From: Balanoglossus misakiensis
Lineage: Eukaryota > Animalia > Hemichordata
Reading direction: 5' to 3'
DNA length: 64,000 nucleotides
Assembly (NCBI GenBank): GCA_040954595.2
Contig: CM082594.2
Location: 11,102,276 to 11,166,275 of the forward strand
The translations under genes were made by a program, and so were the position numbers. The notes below the pieces were generated by a model. That model did no database searches. It was not told the DNA's origin and saw nothing but the letters and a program-made list of their open reading frames with translations. Shown one piece after another: positions 39,315-61,100 of the stretch (position 1 is the first letter of the stretch; every line of letters begins with the position of its first letter).

Positions 39315-39594
39315 TCCAGGCCTAATGATTAAAACTTGCAACTGAAGGCATTATTGGCAAAAACCACAACTGATATTTATTTATTTTCTTCTTTTGAACT
39401 CTTTGATTTTTACTTCTCTTCAGTTTTTTGTTCATCTCTACATTATTTCTGTTTCAAAATTTTATTTCGTATCTTATTTATGTTTCTCTTTTTTGCAACA
39501 TTACTTTTTCTCTTTGTTTTGTTTTATTCAGTCAAGTTGTTGGTTGATGCCAAGCCAGTGACAGTATACGATTATGAGATCTGAAGGCTTTGGA
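39315..39594 (+). ncRNA. Box C/D guide RNA, SNORD97/SCARNA97-like, copy 2 (predicted tRNA-Met(e) Cm34 guide)
   Basis: Terminal stem TCCAGGCCT/AGGCTTTGGA; C ATGATTA 39325-39331; D' CTGA 39342-39345; internal stem (ttggca/tgccaa, aacca/tggtt, caact/agttg) with U-rich loop; C' GTGACAG 39558-39564; guide GATTATGAGAT 39570-39580; D CTGA 39581-39584, 87 nt from the 3' splice site. Confidence 0.85.
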
Positions 39595-39827
39595 AATCCA
39601 TTTTGCTTTTGTCTCATGTCACAGTTTTGTTCATCACTTTTGCACAGTTTAATCAAAATTTTCTTTTTCAGGGTGAATGGGGTTTTGCTTGGAGCAGCAG
39701 TAGGTGTGGACAGCTTGTACAAATGTAAGTGAAACCCATTTCTTTCCATGATTGACAGAAACCCCCAAGTTAGCAATCCATCATTATACTGGGGTGGCCA
39801 TTTTGTTGCTATGGCAGCAGATGATGA

Positions 39828-40144
39828 TGCCCAATGATGAAACTAAGACGCGTTATGGCAAGGATTGTCTGGACAGATCCCCTCATAGCTTTTATGTCTT
39901 CTTTGCTATATATAATTTGGTCTTTCCCCTTATTAAATTTTGGTTGATTTCCTCATTTTTTTTAACTTTGTTTCGTTTGCTCGCCTTTATGACTGGTCTT
40001 TAATTTCCTTACATTTTTTTTGACATTATTTCTTTGTATATCTTTGTAAAATTTTAGTTTTTTTTGTTTTGACGTTATGATTACTTTGTTAGCTTTGAGA
40101 GTCTGTTCCAGCAGCCAATGACCAAAACAATTAATCTGAGGGCA
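39828..40144 (+). ncRNA. Box C/D RNA, SNORD97-like, copy 3 (retains only the upstream antisense element)
   Basis: Terminal stem TGCCC/GGGCA, extended by an external stem (gcagcagatga/tcatctctgctgt); perfect box C ATGATGA 39834-39840; AGACGCGTTAT 39846-39856; degenerate D'; internal stem ctggacaga...tcatagct / agctttgagagtctgttccag around a U-rich loop; C' ATGACCA 40118-40124; D CTGA 40136-40139. Confidence 0.8.
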
Positions 40145-40848
40145 ATTTTCATCTCTGCTGTTGTTTGTCAGTACTTTGATCGCTGTTAGAAAGGAAAAAT
40201 TTGAAATGAATTTGTCACAAGAATTTATGCCATGGGAAACTGAAATGGGTTGTATTCATTTTTTATTCCCAACAGGTCAAGAACATTAGAGTTGCAGAAA
40301 CATCGTCAGAGAAGAGTCGGTTATTGAAATAGCACCACCAGTGACAAGTTCTACCCGTTTCAAACTCACATTGGGGACAGTTTTGGGAACCTTCAGTATT
40401 TGTAATGTTTACACAAAAGTACCAAATAAATTCATGATGTAGAGAAACAACAATTTGCATACTACTATAATATTCAGTATTGATGTTTGAAATGATTTTA
40501 TTTGACATTTCATGTTGATAATATGAATTTACAAAGTGTTGACAAATATCATAGATGATGCTCTGGAGTATGCCTATTTTATTTTGTCATTTTATTGCAA
40601 GTTTTGGTTGGCTGAATATTCACAAGCCTTAGAATTGAAATGAGCAAGAACTAAAAATATTATGAACATAATAAGTACACAGCTGAGAAAACTTTGGTCA
40701 GTGTACATGCAATTTATTGGCTCTCTCCACTCATTTGCATACATATTGTGCAGTGTGAATTGATGGCAGTAGATACATGTAAAATTACAAGAATTATCAC
40801 ATCTCATGTACAAAGGTTACATTTCAAGTAATTTGATGTTGACACTTT

Positions 40849-43456
40849 TTAAAGTGTAGCTAATCTTTCTACAATTTTCCTGTAGTCATCCATTAGTTCT
40901 TGGAACATTTTTTCTAAATTTTGGTGCCTTTCTTGTTGACTCTGTCCTGCCATAGTTGCTGCCAGCTCTTCGGGTTTCAGAACTTTTCTCATCTTCTCTA
41001 GGTCACTTTTTTCTTTCTGCAGTCGGAAATTCAATGAAATTTGTCAGTGTTATTGCATTTACTCAAGTGAAAGTAACCGGGTTTCATTTGTGTAGAATTT
41101 GTATTCGGTAAAACAAAAGAAGCAATGTGACATTATCTGTGAGGGCGTTCCACATGAAATATTCAAATGTACATATTTCCTCTTTTTTTTTCCAAAGATT
41201 GCCAAGAACACAATTCTTACCTGGTAAGGCATGTTCAATCTTTTCTTGACATCGAGTCTAAACTCTTTAAACTGTTGGACGTTACTTTCATCAGTGACAC
41301 GCAAACGTAGAATTTCATAAATTCTTCTTGTCTGTTTCTGAGAGAAGTGTACAAAATCATGTGAGATATGGTGTATTGGTGGAGGATATTCTTTGTATTA
41401 AGCTTGTATTTTAGTGACAGTGTTTCTAATTAATTGTGTCAAAACTGTTCTATCAGTGATACAACTAGCATCATACTCGTCATTTTACTCACTTTGTTAA
41501 TTTTGAGTTTTTCTTGTGCTTCCTGTACCATGTTTTCCGAGAAGCCTTGATGGAGACATTCAGGTGCAAATGATGACAGATGCATACATGCTTTGCAGTC
41601 AACGAAGTCTCTGAGGCGTATAAAGTCATCCGATGGATCTTCCACTGAAAACAAGGAAAAAACATTTAGAAAATTGCAATATGATTTGGAAATCAGTGTG
41701 TTCTTTGAATGATGTATAGGACAACAAACATATCTTTTATATCATAGAAACTTACCTGTTATGTCCAAGACCTCAAGATCTTGTCTGTAATCTATATAAA
41801 TAGTTTCTAATAACTGAGCACCATGTCCTTGTCTTTGATATGGAGGAAGTACCAACATCTGACTGCAGAGGTAAATATTCATAAATTAGTTGATGTGTCT
41901 TAGCATGTGAGCAAGAAAGGAGTTGTGTATACAGAATTTCAACGGGTCTGCTTAATTTCTTTTACAAATGACACTTGAATATGACTGTAATACGAGTCTA
42001 CATACCTCACCCGTGGTCTGATTTTGTTAGGGTATGCATAATACCTATACACTGTACCATATCCAACAATACTGTATCTAGGTGAACCGTCAAGTGTAAA
42101 CTTCTCAAACCTGTCAATGAAAAAAAAGTTTAACCATTGACCTACATTCCACCTCGTTCTAAAGCAATAACCTTTCACATTTCCCACACCAGTTATCCGC
42201 GACCTCATTACGCGTTACACAACTGTCCAGCTGGGAAGGTTCACCCCACATAACCAGAAGCAGTTGCTTTACCCCAGTAGGCCAAAGCTACATGCAAGAT
42301 AAATGCACAGTAGTCAATTAACTTACAAAAGATAGAATTGCCAACGATCATCGTCCACATCAATGTATGACACAGCATCAATAAACCACCAGAGGAATGT
42401 CTGTAACCTTTCGTGATATTCTCTAAAGCCAGCCACACTGATGTCAACCTTGTAAATTTCAAACTGTCGTTCCACTCCCTCGGTGTTCGTCTTGAAAGAA
42501 TGCAGCAATGTTCCGCTTGGTGTGAAACTTCCATCATTGGACAAGCTGCTCACAAAACTTTCCAGATTGTCCATTGGATGAATACCTAGTTTTTCAATTA
42601 TCATTCTTGTCACATCATCCGCCTGAAAGAGAAAAGACAACCACCAAATTCAAGAATAGTCTTTCATTTCCTCATCTTGTTTATTTCAGCAACATTGCAC
42701 CGCAGAAAAGCAACACCTACCTGCACACCATCATATCTTGCAGGATCGACTTTTTCTGCGCATGATTTTCCAAGATAATAATTTAACTGTGCTGCTGAAT
42801 AGTATAGTTGAATCTTCAGATTCTTGTACCCAAAAATATTCTCACTGAAGGCAAAAAAAAAAGGATTTGACATGTAAGCAGGAAAAAACATCTGAAAAGA
42901 CTGAAACAATTGGGTATCTGGGTACTTATAGAGGTTCTCTTACTTTTGGCCAAAAATTTGATGTGTAAATTCAGGATGGAAAGCTTTGCTGTCGTCATCT
43001 ATATCACTTTGCGTCCTTACTGTAAGATATAAGTGCAGACAAATTAATATCCTGTAAGAGTAGATTCCTCCCAAGCTAGAATTATCTTGATACACACATG
43101 ATAAACATCTCAAACTTTGACTGCCCTACCTAGTTTCATAGTGATCACTTCATTGGCTGAGCAGACGTACTGCTCCATTTCAGTGCGCAACAAGGACATT
43201 TCTGAAATGTACAAAAATGAAATGTTATTTCAGTCAGTAAATTGTACAGTGTAGATGCATTGTTGTTGTCAACTTCAAATTTCATATTGTGTTTAAAAGA
43301 AATCTTTTAACAATTTTGACCTGGAAAGTATTTTTCTTGTATGCTGTGTACTTTATTTACACGGGTGCCTTTCTTAAATAAAAGAAACGTACGACAAACT
43401 TGTAATTTGTGTAATTTTCGACGATTTCAGTAGATTTCCCCTTACTCACCCGCCAT
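40849..43456 (-). CDS. HAT1: Histone acetyltransferase type B catalytic subunit
   Basis: First exon ATGGCGG|GTGAGT (43456-43450); later exons encode FHPEFTHQIFG, ENIFGYKNLKIQLYYSA, YHERLQTFLWWFIDAVSYIDVDDDRW, YRYYAYPNKIRPR, SQMLVLPPYQRQGHG (acetyl-CoA motif A), TVEDPS, RLDVKKRL, ending DYRKIVERLATL*. Confidence 0.96.
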
Positions 43457-44229
43457 GTTGGTTCTTCTTTCGCGGGGTTTCCGCACAACACATGCGCACT
43501 GACGTAAGGTCAACTTCGGTCAAGTAACCGGGACCATCCTCTTTCAAGTTGTCAAACACCCAAGGCCTTCTTTAAAAAGTTTGCCCCCACTAATATGATT
43601 TTCTAGTAAAATACTCCCAAATGAGACTACGGCGGCGGTCACCTTTGAATGGTCACACTTAATGAGTCAGTTATATGCGAGATATTGTCAATTATGTTTG
43701 ATACCCCGTTTGTTTATGAATGGCCTCCAGACGATACCATTGTTTACTATTGAGGGTGAGCTGTCATATGACCAGGAAAGCAAAAGTAAAACGTATAAAT
43801 ACTATGATCTAAATGTCTCAATGCACTGCATGACAAGTATTTAGCAGTTCAGCAGCAAAATTCGTGCAAATGTTGGTGTTAATGAGGCATAAAATTGTGA
43901 CGACGTTAAACAGACATCCCGAAATCACGAGTAAAATTTACAACTCAACCAATCAGCGCCGAGTAATCACATGTACGTTTCCCATATAAGGAAAATAACA
44001 AACAAAAACAAAAGGAATGCAAGGCTGCAGAACCTACTACTTACTCTATTTTGGGACAGTGCAGTGAAGTCCTAATCAAGGTTGGTGAACGAAAGGCAAC
44101 ATTCCTTGCATGTTTTTAACAATCTGTGGAGTTCGTTCTGTGAGCATTTCCTACCATATGGTTGTTCAGATGATATACTGTATATAAATTTTATTTCAGA
44201 GAGCGGCATCTTACAGATCATCAGAAAAT
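43457..44229. promoter_or_regulatory. Bidirectional promoter region between HAT1 and SLC25A12/13
   Basis: Under 800 bp between divergent start codons; E2F-like TTTCGCGG ~43468, TGCGCA and TGACGTAA ~43493-43508, CCAAT box ~43949. Confidence 0.55.
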
Positions 44230-54362
<10,133 letters not shown>

Positions 54363-57299
54363 ATGTTTACACATTTTTGTATCGTTTTTGATGTGGAGAA
54401 GTCTCCTTTTACAGGATTTTGGTGGAAGCCATCTGACCTCCCTGTAAAAAAAACCCTGTTGCTTACAAAGTTTGCACAAAATTAGACTTCGTTTTTGGAG
54501 TACACAAATTGCTTGACTTAAACGTGCATTGTGGTATATCTGAAGCCTGGGTCAAAGGTGACCACCCATAGTGCACCAGGGCTCTGCATTGAGCAATAAA
54601 ATTGAATTAAGTACATGATGAAAATTTTGATGTTCCCTGTGCGACTGCAGTAGCCTTGTTTTGTGTTAAAGTGTAACGCGTGCGCATTCAATGATCAAGC
54701 TTGTACACTATCTTGTGTTGCGTTCGCCGTTCCATAGACAGGAGTTTGAAGTGAAACATTTATTTTTGATGTTTAAGGTGCTAACGAAAACCCCAATACC
54801 CCAGTATCAAATTGAAAGTCGACAAAATGTTGAATTGTTGAATTACAGTACTTCTTGTCTGTGCTTTACAGACAAGGACAAGTGACACATGGACTGAAGT
54901 AGTTTTAGTCACATTTTATTTGCTAATGCTGAATTGATAAATTATATGAGCTGGATTTTATACTCCTGGAAAGTCGAGAAATTTTAAACCAAGGTCTGCT
55001 TGAAATATTAACTTCAGGTTCTACCAAATTGATTCTGTTTCCCATGGTAACATAAAATGGCGATATTTTGTGAAATTTGTACCTAGTGACACCTGGAAAA
55101 TGGTATTTTGAGCTCAAATAATCCCGGACACCCACAGGGAAGATTCCTGGAAAAGTCCTGTAATTTTGATAGACTACAAACCCCATAGCAGATAGTGCAT
55201 GTATGTAAAAAAGAGTGATAATGCACATGAGATGTTTACAGTTAATGTGTACTGCATATTAGCACCACCAGATGAAGAAGTACTTGGAGTAAACCATTAT
55301 ACGAGACTGGCAGGTAAAAAGTAATAGATTTTTGCCCCTCCCCCTCCAAAAACAGAAGTGTATTGTAAAATGCATCAAAGGATCAAAATAAGCTTCATAT
55401 CAAAGTCTGCCTGTATGTATGTGCTTGTGCTACACATCCATTCGATAGGTAAAGTCTTGCCATAGTTAATGAAGTGGTATATATATACCAAGGGGTTGAT
55501 AAATAGTTAGCAGCCACAGATTTACCTCCATTTAGAAAATGGAATGATCCACCCATAGAGTTAGGCTAAACCATAGGATTGATGAGGGTATAGTGTTGAT
55601 TTCTCCACTCAAGAATTGAAATATAAAGCGTATAGGAGCATGCGAGTATTTTATAAACCAAAAGTCCTTGTGATATGTAAATTTAAAACCAATATAAAAC
55701 ATTGGGATGTAGGAACTTTTCTATACTAACAGGAATGTGTTCATGATATTGAATTGTAGCATTGCTTGAAAATTTTAATTCATTGTCAGATACAATGTTT
55801 CAAGAAATTTACACCTGAAAAATGAATGAACAAGGCCTAAAGATAAAACATGTACCGGGTAATTTAAACTTGTGTTATACAATGCATCTCATTCGCTGCG
55901 ACATGTAATGTCTATTTTTGGCCTGCTTGTTTGGCATTATTTTATACCTACAACTTCACACCTTTCACTTCTGAAATCGTCACCCCATGACAGAAGTTAT
56001 ACTCTAATTTTACAAAAGTTTTACAATTCTTGTGTACATTTCTATTCCCATTTTGACAAAGTTGTGTTGTGTGTTCAATTTAAAATTATCCAAGTAGATA
56101 TTTTTCCCTGCAAAATTAGCATATTCATGTTCTTTTAGAATATTTGTCACCAGGTGTATTTGTTCGTTTTTTTGTAACAGATGTGGCAGCTCTAAAATGT
56201 TCAAGGGGCCATAGACTAGAAAAGCTGATACATAAGAAGTGTAATGCGGTTATTTTGGTGCTGCTACCCCCTTCCCCAAAATACTAGAGTCCGTGTTGCA
56301 GAATCCATTCATTGATCATGCTGATTGCAGTTTTGACGCGACTCGCCCGCGAATTTAGATTTCATCCTCGCCCCACCTGACGCACAGCCTCCCCCTGAAA
56401 TGAAGGATTACATGCGCGTTCAGCCTGGATTGAAAACCACGCATTTACTTGTTAGCTGTTGTTAACCTCACTGATTCGTCTCAGTGATCTCGTATCTTGC
56501 TGAAATCTTTGCAAGCTGGACAAGTAGACTCAGTAAGTTTTCAAGTATGTTTTGGTACCAACAGAAGTTGTTTTGTTTTCTTGGTGAATGTTAATGAATT
56601 CTTAAGATTGTTCTGTTTTTGTTCTACAGAGAAAAGATTGCTACAAGTTAACATGATTGTCAACCAATGAGCACACTAGGAATTGTAGATATGTAAATAT
56701 ATATATTCCATATATGGAAGAGGGTGTTGTGTGAGTAACCAATCAGATGTGAACTCTGATATAACATTTTTGGTATAGGTAGTTAAAGTTCCTGGCTGAC
56801 AGTACAAGTGCTTCTAATTCTACATCCTAAGTTGAACAGAAGTGTTTGCCCATAAAGGCAACGACTCGACCAAAGCATAGCCAATGCCAAGTGTACATGA
56901 AAATTCAAAATCTCCATACATGGTTATGTCTTTCATACTTCTGTTTCAACTTACTGAACGACTAATTTATATAACATGTTGTGTTGACCTGTTGTTGGTA
57001 AACTACTAAGTCACAGCTTAGTTACAGCTCTTGTAAATTTGACATTGTATTTATTTTGTTTTGTGTGTCAACGATTTATAAAGTTTTGCTCCCTCTCAAC
57101 AGGACTGTTTCCAATTTTTATACACATGTCAACATTTGAGATAATGGATTGAAGATAATGATTTAATGAGATGCAGTTTTGTTTCTGTGTTTTGTAGATC
57201 ATTTACAACTTGTTGTCATGGAGATGTATGAAGTGCTGGGAAATGATAAAAAATAAAGATTTTTAAAGATATGCACGATGTGTTGCTACTGTTAGACAT

Positions 57300-57330
57300 A
57301 GCGCCCTCTAGAAACAGCGCCCTCTCGAGA
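57300..57330. promoter_or_regulatory. Tandem CTCF-like motifs (possible boundary element)
   Basis: AGCGCCCTCT at 57300-57309 and 57316-57325 (reverse complement AGAGGGCGCT, the CTCF core). Motif match only. Confidence 0.35.
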
Positions 57331-58122
57331 TCAGCGCTAACTATTTTCTGACCATTTTTCAAGATTTCTGTTTGGATTCCGACTTGTAACCATCTCGTCA
57401 ACCAATCCATCGACCGGGCCATGCATCGGCTCAAGAATTTTCTGTCCAGGGTCTCCAATAGAACATATGAATTATATATCATAGTATGGACATATACAGT
57501 ACAACTTGATCCGTATTGTTAATATTGCAGTAATACTTTATGTATATAGAATCAACATATGTATACCAGGGTTCGTGCAGTGACTTTTTTCATTTTCAAA
57601 TATTGACTGTCTGTCGAAATTCATACCCTTTTGAGATCGAAAATCACGCTGTTTTTTGTAAAATTCACTATTAAGTTTTCGTGTTGTGTAATTTTGAGAA
57701 TGTTGGTGGAGAGTTCTTCGTGTCAAGGGAACGACGTGAATGATGGGGACATGAACTTTTCACCATAAATGGGTCAAATTAACGTTGATATAAACTTTCG
57801 GAAGCTTGTCTGGTTTTTACCAAACACCAGGCAAGTTGCACACACGTACCTCTCAGTAATAACGGTATGAGAGAACTGCAAATATATAAACAGCCGCAGA
57901 GGAATTCGGCGCGATTTTGGCAACAACACTTCACATATTTGAGGCTAAAAGAGTTGACGGAGATTTGTGACTTCTCACCTACTTGGCAAATCGCCAACAA
58001 TATTGTGGCCAAAAATTAGCATTATTTGTTTATTCATTAGCAATTGAAGGACGAGGACCTGAATCATTTTTATTTTTTCAGAAAGTTCCCACGCTGGTGA
58101 TCTGGTCTCTCCGTATGCAAAC

Positions 58123-61100
58123 ATGGCGTTTTATTCTTTATTTCTGCGATGCGTTTTCTTGGCTATTTTCGTCTCTTCAAAAGAAACTTTCGGCAACACT
58201 GGAGGTGCCCCGCGACTTTTACGAGACGGACATGTCGTTTTAGGAGGACTTTTTGATCTGCATGAAGACACATTCATTGCCGATGATTCTCTCGCCCGTG
58301 GACCGATAGAGGAAACGTGTATCGGATTTGATTTGGATGGATTTCTGCTTTCGCAAGCCATGGTCTTCGCTGTCGAAGAAATTAATAATCGTCCGGATAT
58401 TTTACCGAATGTGACCCTTGGATACGACCTGCGCGATATTTGTTCGTCTACATCCCAGGCTTTGATGATGACGTACGGGTTAGTCGTTTCTAACGACGTT
58501 TCCGTCAGTGCCGTCATCGGCGCCAGCGGTTCCGACACCACGATGGCCGTCGCTGAGTTTCTTAACGTGTACAACATACCGGTGATCAGTTACGACGCCA
58601 CGTCATCGCTTCTGGACGATCGGCAAAGGTACAAGTCGTTTCTTCGGACAGTTCCAAGCGATGTCCACCAAGCACTGGCCATGGTCGAAGTAATTCTCCA
58701 CTTCGAATGGGACTGGGTCGGAATTATCGGCGTGGACAACTTCTACGGTCGCCCTGCTTCGGTTGAGCTAAAACGACAGCTCGAAGCTAAAGGTGTATGC
58801 GTTGCTTTCTACGAAATGTTACCACTCAACACGCCCGACGAAACTGTTGTTTCTGTCGTCGATAAAATCGAGCAAAATCCATCGGCCAAAGTGATCGTCA
58901 CATTCACGTACACCAGCGACGCTCACAGAATTATTCAACACTCTGCACAGAGGAATCTTACAGGTGGGTGCAATTTCTGTCATTTCGGTTCTTTCGCACA
59001 TTTTGTCTGATTTCTTAAAACTTTCCTTATTCCCCCTATTGACTCCAAATATTTTTGAACATGTGTTGAGAATGATTTAAGAGAGAAAACGCTGTCGTTA
59101 TTATAGTGTCACACTCCAAGTCTCCTCAACTAATGTTTCATTACAATATTCACAGACCGTATCTTCATAGCGAGTGAGGCCTGGGCGCTGTCAACATCAA
59201 TCGCTGATACACACCCGGAGAAAAAAGCAGCTGAAGGAACATTGGGAATAATATTCCCTGAACAAGAAATTCCGGGGTTTTCGGATTATATTAGGAAATT
59301 GAATCCATTCGGAATTGATGGAGAAAATCCATGGTTGAATATCGCCTGGGAAACATTGTTTAATTGTACGTTGACAAGTAACGATACTTTGTCCCAATAC
59401 ATGGGTGATCTAGATACTAGTACCATGGAAACTGTATCTAACAGCAACGACGAAGTTAGCACAGAAATAAACTCTGTATCTATTACTGGTGAAAGTACAG
59501 GTGAGCTCACAAACAGCGACTGCACAACTGACACGACGTCACCAACACCTCGGCCAATCAGCGACAGTTACACCGAATCGGTCCCAGATCTTTACTCCAC
59601 TGGCGAAACTTCTCCCACACCACCACCGAGCGCAAGTGAAACGCTAGACACCAAGCCACCACCCGGGAGAAATGTTCCGACCACGAGACGACCGTCGTCA
59701 TCGACTGACCCTCCAAACTACTGCACTGGGATGGAATCGTTCACCAACAGCCCAGCCATGGACGCTGTCAAGAATTCCCTTTACATCTACCGCGTCTACC
59801 TGGCAGTATATTCCATCGCGTACGCACTTCATGACATGTTACAATGCACTTCACCTCACGGATTACTTTCCAACGGCTCTTGCCCAAATATGGAAAGTCT
59901 GGAGTCATGGCAACTGATGAAGTACCTCCTCCACGTCAATTTCACCGACCACTCGGGTCATCACATATACTTTGGTGAGGATGGCAGCGTGGACGGTCTG
60001 TATGACATAGTCAGCTGGCAACTTAGGGAAGGTGAGGGCGAAACTAAAGACACTAGTGATGCCGAAGCTGACGATTGTCATGGCAACGGATGCGAAAGTT
60101 TATCATTGGATGTTGTCACTATAGGCCGCCATGACAGTGGTCAGCGCGTTGGCAACCGGCTCGCCATAAATGGCCAATTTCTCTCATGGAAAAACTCGAG
60201 TCAGGTGCCATCGTCTCGGTGCAACGATCCCTGTTTGCCGGGTCAGAGAAGAAACATCATCGTTGGGTTTCCGATTTGTTGCTATGAATGTGTCCATTGC
60301 CCGGAAGGTTCGATGTCAAATGAAACCGGTAAGTATATCGAGAGAAAAAGACTGAGAGATATGTAATTTTCTGTTATCCTATCATATTTTCGTTTAATTT
60401 TTCATCATATTCTTTGCATCATATCGTTTCAGATTCTACTGAATGCATCACGTGTCCACAGGGAACATGGTCCAATGCAGATAACACTGAATGCACGGAG
60501 AAGTATCTGGAATACCTGGCCTGGGATGATCCTACGGCAATCGTTTGTGTTATTCTCATTATCATTGGACTCATCCTGAATATCACCGTCACTGGGGTTT
60601 TTATCTACCACAGGGAGACGCCCGTTGTCAAGGCGTCCAATCGAGAACTGAGCTTTCTCATGCTGGTCGGGTTATTTGTCTGTTTTTGCAGTTCCTTCAC
60701 TGTGATTGGTCGACCGACACGGGTTCAATGTATGGCCCAGGTGCCCCTGCGCAGTGTTAGCTTCACAATGTGCGTGTCTATTCTACTGGTGAAAACGCAC
60801 AGAATCATGACCGTCTTCGAGTCCAAAATCCCCAATGCGCATCGATACAGCTGCCTGGCGAAGACAAAGCTTCAGTTGTTGGCCGTGGGTGCACTGACGG
60901 CCGGTCAGATCTTCATTTCTATCATGTGGTTAGTTATCATGCCCCCGTTACCCATCTATAACACCGATTCTGCCAAACGTGTTATCTACGTGGAGTGTGA
61001 TACCAACTTCTCAGCTCCAATGATTATCATGTTTTGCTACACGTGGGTCATAGCCAGTGTTTGTCTCGCTTTCGCTTTTAAAACACGCAAACTACCCGAG

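Larger units (their letters stand above)
37000..40450 (+). ncRNA. Multi-exon non-coding snoRNA host transcript (SNHG-like), divergent from RSU1 and convergent with HAT1
   Basis: Consensus-like + strand splice sites: donor ATG|GTGAGT 37052, exon 37604-37675, acceptors ~37864/38063/38565, donors ~38296, 38783, 39260, 39725, acceptors 39184, 39671, 40275; AATAAA ~40425. Exon 38566-38782 has stops in all three frames. Transcript ends are approximate. Confidence 0.7.

Noticed and set aside
57538-57726. ORF with FYKKQRDF as a possible CYP exon 2 (WxxxR helix C)
   Set aside because: Lacks the conserved Trp, the flanking similarity and clear splice sites.
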